This document shows, piece by piece, positions 58,967 through 64,000 of a stretch of 64,000 bases of DNA. The stretch is from contig NC_043007.1 of the NCBI RefSeq assembly GCF_006345805.1, positions 25,296,001-25,360,000 of the forward strand, in the 5' to 3' direction. How positions within the stretch are numbered: the first letter of the stretch is position 1; every line of letters starts with the position of its first letter. Below the pieces are notes generated by a model that was not told the DNA's origin, did no database searches, and worked only from the letters and a program-made list of their open reading frames with translations. The position numbers and the translations under genes are program-made. Source of the stretch: Octopus sinensis (Eukaryota).

Positions 58967-60519
58967 TATATATATATATATATATAGATATATATATATA
59001 TATCATACATATATACGATGGGCTTCTTTCAGTTTCTGTCTACCAAATCCACTCAGAATGCTTTGGTTAGCCTGAGGCTATAGTAGAAGACACTTGCCCA
59101 AGGTACCATGCAGTGGGACTGAACTCGGAACCATGTGGTTGGGAAGCAAGCTACTTACCACACAGCCATGCGCCTATATATATATATAATTCTTTGCTTC
59201 CACGCAGTTTCTGTCTACCAAGAGCCTTAGTAGAACACACTTACTCAAGGTGCTGTGCTGTGGAACTGAACCTGAAACCATGTGGTTGCAAAACAAGTTC
59301 CTTAACTACACACCTGTGCTCATGCCTTTTAGTAAAAAATCCTTAAAATTAGTGCAAGGGGTGTCTGGAGTTGGGGAGTGGGAAATGTAACAGGGTGTGT
59401 GCGTGTGTATACATGGTACAGAGCATAGTAGTGTGTGTAGGTTGTGACCCAGGGATGGGGTAGATAGTGAGGACCAGGTCTTCAGGGGGTTGCACCCACT
59501 AGTCTCAGAGGCCCTACAAAACATAAAGGGCTCATGGGCACTGCCCTTTTCACTTTGACTAAGCTGTAAACTAAAAAAACAATGTAAGATGCGGTTTGCG
59601 TATGTAGGGTGCATATCGGGTAGGTGTATGGAGTCTGGTGTAAGTCTATGGGGCATAGACTTTATGTGCCACCAGCACGGGAACCAGTCAGGCGGCTCTG
59701 GCATCGACCATGTTAGGATGGTGCTTTTTATGTAGCACCGGCACAGAAGCCAATCAGGACACACTATCATTGACCATGTTTGCATCCAACCATAAAAAAA
59801 CCACGCCAGAACAGACACAGAAGTATGGTGCAGTCTTCTACCTGGCCAGCTCCTGTCAAACTGTCCAACCCATGCCAGCATGGAATTGAACCCAGATTCA
59901 TATGATTGAGAAGTAAGCTTCTTACCACACATCCACTCCTTATCAGGTATCTGCATGAGTATGACATCCTCTTTAGGTGTGTGACACCTAGGGTAAATCT
60001 ATGGATGCAGGGTGGATGTATGAAGAGTAGGTGGGGGAATGTTGGATATTAGGGGAGTGTATGGACTATAGGAGTATAGGAAGGGGCGTATGTGATGCAA
60101 GATGGATTTAAAAGTGTAGGGTAGGTGTATAAGGGGTGTGTGGTGGTCATATGGTGGGTTGGTATGTAAATTCCGCCTTGAGTTCAAATTCCGCCGAGGT
60201 TGACTTTGCCTTTCATCCTTTTGGGTTCGATAAATTAAGTACCAGTTACGCACTGGAGTCGGTCCCCTCTATGCTTAGCCCCTTGTGGGTAATAAAGAAA
60301 TAGGTATGTACATGAGGTGTAGGTTAGGTATTTAGGGCATAGGGTGGGTGAATAAGGTATAAGATGGATATATGGGGATGCAAGAGTTATAGGGTAATAT
60401 GAAAGGCAAATAAAACTGCACGTTTCATTTACTGGGGTCTGGTTATTTTATCTTCTTCTCTATGGGTTTTTTTTTCTCTCTATTTCACTGTTTGCAACCA
60501 TTCTACCCCACCTATCATT

Positions 60520-61490
60520 ACCACCAACTACCACTACCACCACCACCACCACCACTGTGGGTATCATCAGCACCATCACCCTCACCATCAACTACAACCA
60601 CCATCACTACAGTCACTACCACCACCACCAGAATTACCATCACCACCACCACCAACCATGATCATCACCACCATTGCCATCACCACACCAAACCATGACC
60701 ATCACTCCTGCCACAACCACCACTACCACCACCACCACCACTGTGGGTATCATCACCACCATCATCCTCACCATCAACTACAACCACCATCACTAGTCAC
60801 TACCACCACCACCACCACCATGATCATCACCACACCAAACCATGACCATCACTCCTGCCACAACCACCACTACCACCACCACCACTGTGGGTATCATCAG
60901 CACCATCATCCTCACCATCAACTACAACCACCATCACTACAGTCACTACCACCACCACCAGAATTACCATCACCACCACCACCACCACCATGATCATCAC
61001 CACCATTGCCATCACCACACCAAACCATGACCATCACTCCTGCCACAACCACCACTACCACCACAATCACCATCATTGCTACCACCACCACCACCACCAC
61101 CACACAACCACCACCACAACCGCCGCCATCACAATCATCACCACCACAACCATGACCACCGCTCCCGTCACAACCACAACTACCACCACCACCACTACCA
61201 CCACCATCACCACCACCACCACCACCGCCACCGCTGCCATCACAATCATCACCACCACAACCATGACCACCGCTCCTGTCACAACCACAACTACCACCAC
61301 CACCACCACCACCACTACCACCACCATCACCACCACCACCGCCGCTGCCACCACCATCAGAATCATCACCACCACCACCACCATCAGAATCATCACCACC
61401 ACCACCACCACCACCACAATCACCACCTTGGTCAGCACCGCCACCATCATGTTTATCATCATCACCACCACCGCCACCACTATCCCAAAA
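60520..61490. repeat. CAC-rich tract with ~150-185-bp higher-order repeat
   Basis: CACTGTGGGTATCATCA anchors at ~60552, 60738, 60885. Confidence 0.9.
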
Positions 61491-62252
61491 CTCCACCATT
61501 GAATAAAATCGTAATTGTGTGGAATTCCAATTTCATCGTTGTGCTCCCTCACCCCCAACCCCAACCCCAACCCCTTCTATGAACACCTAACCCTGTTTTT
61601 GAACATGACTTCTCCCACGCAATTTCTCTCATCATCATCATCATCATCATCATCATCTGTAGCAGCAGCTGGTATATATTGATTACATCTAGGACATTAT
61701 CACCACTGAATTCACTCCTAGCACCACCACCACCACCACCTCCACCAACACCATCAACACTACCATCATCATCATCATCATCATCATCATCATAGTAACT
61801 ACCATCACGGCTACTACCACTGCCATCACCACCACCACACCACCACCACCAACAACAACAACAACAGCTACTCCTCCACCGTATTGATTATACATGCATT
61901 CACCTTTACCCAACCCTACACATACACACACACAGATACATGCACAAGTGCACACACACTCACGTACATGCACGCAACACCACCCTTAATCAGTTCTGTC
62001 ACATTTACAGCAATTGAATTCGATCATTTGGTTCACACAAAAGGGATGGCATGCACACACTCACACACATACAATACCTATGCAAAACTACATATATATA
62101 TATATTATATAACACACACACACACATATATATAATATATATATATATATATAATACACGCACACACACATATATATACATACATATATATATATATATA
62201 CATATATATTATATATATACATATTATATAACATATTTATATATATATACAT

Positions 62253-62315
<63 letters not shown>

Positions 62316-62421
62316 ATACATGTATATACATGTATATATTATATATACACACACACATATGTATATATATATATATATATACAGAAATAGATAAGATTGA
62401 TAGAGATAAATAGGTGGACAA

Positions 62422-62486
<65 letters not shown>

Positions 62487-63029
62487 TAATATATATATAT
62501 ATATATGTATGTATGTATGTATGTATATACATATACATACATTCATATACACATATAAATACATTTCATTTATATATACACATATTACATGCCTGTATAC
62601 ACACACACACACACATTCATTTATGTATACATACATACATTCATTCATTCATACATACATATATATACATACATACGAACATACGTACACACATACATAC
62701 ATACATCTGGATATAATTGTAAAGAAAAACAAAAAACAAAAAACAAAAACACACTGAAAGAGACAGAGAGGGGAGAGGCACAGATGAAGGGAAAAGTGGA
62801 GTTTGTAGGGGGGGGGGGATAATATTAGAAAGATGGAGCCGGGGAAAAAAACCCGAACTATATTTAATAATTGTAAGAGAATTGGCGAAAAAAAAATATT
62901 ATAAAAAATATATATTAAAAAAAACACGGTAAACAATAACAAAAAAAATATCCCAGACCGAAATACTATACCAGCATCAGCATCAACATCAGCATCAATA
63001 ACTACATCAGCAGCATTGATAGATGTAAT

Positions 63030-63600
63030 AGTAGTGGTGGTGATGGTGGCGGTGGTGGTGATGGTGGCGGTGGTGGTGATGGTTGTGGTGGTGGTGGTGG
63101 TGATGGTTGTGGTGGTGGTGGTGGTGATGGTTGTGGTGGTGGTGATGGTTGTGGTGGTGGTGATGGTTGTGGTGGTGGTGGTGGTGGCAGTGGTGGTGAT
63201 GCAGATGTGTTGGTGGTGATGGTTGTGTTGGTGGTGATGGTTGTGGTGGTGGTGATGGTTGTGGTGGTGGTGATGGTTGTGGTGGTGGTGGGTGGTGATG
63301 GTTGTTGGTGGTGGTTGTGTTGGTGGTGGTGATGGTTGTGGTGGTGGTGATGGTTGTGGTGGTGGTGATGGTGGCAGTGGTGGTGATGCAGATGTGTTGG
63401 TGGTGATGGTTGTGTTGGTGGTGATGGTTGTGGTGGTGGTGGTGGTTGTGATGGTGGCGGTGGTGGTGATGGTTGTGGTGGTGGTGATGGTTATGGTGGT
63501 GGTGGTGGTGATGGTTGCGGTGGTGGTGATGGTTGTGGTGGTGGTGATGCGGATGGTGGTGGTGATGGTTGTGGTGGTGGTGGTGATGCGGATGGGGTGG
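63030..63600. repeat. (GTG)n/GTGATGGTT tract
   Basis: Direct reading; internal duplication of GTGATGCAGATGTGTTGG. Confidence 0.92.
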
Positions 63601-64000
63601 AAGTGACTGTTACAATAAGTCCTTTAAACTTAACATGCATTTCTCTATCTTTCTCTGTTCGCAGATGACAAAGCACTTTAACATTCCTTTGTTGAAGGCA
63701 ATCCTGGCATTCCAGGAGATCTGTTATATTAGTATTCTCGGTCGATTTGTTGGGCTGTCTTGTCGGTGGGGGTGGTCGGTAGATCAGCAGTTGGACAGGA
63801 GGTGAATGCTGTGACAAAAACAAGCCTGCCATCCTCTGCCATCATCGTCTTCCATATTCTTTCTTGGTCTTCTTATTTTTTTTTGCAGTTTTCCTCTTCT
63901 CTTCTTCTAAGTCTTTATTCTTTTATCTGCTGTCTTGTCCTGCTGCTGTTGTTGTTGCTGTTGTTGTTTCTGTCATTATTGTCAGTGGTTATTTTTTGTT

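Noticed and set aside
53900-63840. Long ORF-track entries rich in T/P/H/V/G (e.g. 54039-54743, 60918-61499) suggesting mucins or extensins
   Set aside because: They are translations of (CAC)n/(GTG)n microsatellites, open in most frames on both strands, with no splice or start context.

Overview
This is eukaryotic, AT-rich, repeat-dense DNA. The SINE, LINE and microsatellite content looks like Octopus (cephalopod) genomic sequence; that is inferred from repeat style only. One protein-coding gene can be rebuilt by hand: the 5' part of LRPPRC (mitochondrial leucine-rich PPR protein) on the minus strand. It has 14 coding exons from ATG 24503 down to about 789, all with GT-AG sites and consistent phases, giving about 492 codons. 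The gene most likely continues left of the window. No convincing gene was found from about 24.6 kb to 64 kb. That region and the LRPPRC introns are filled with tRNA-derived SINE families, RTE and CR1 LINE fragments, Helitron, hAT and piggyBac non-autonomous elements, long fold-back palindromes, tandem duplications, microsatellites and a 100-N gap. The most interesting signals are: (i) three families of hammerhead-ribozyme-like motifs of the Penelope type, one carried as the tail of a tRNA-headed SINE next to a 38-nt LRPPRC micro-exon; (ii) SINE multimers with a fixed 184-bp period bracketed by single target-site duplications; (iii) many long inverted repeats, including a MITE with a 6-bp TSD and opposed TTAGGG tracts; (iv) a modular ~135-bp degenerate tandem array. 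No database searches or folding programs were run. Family names rest on recalled motifs.
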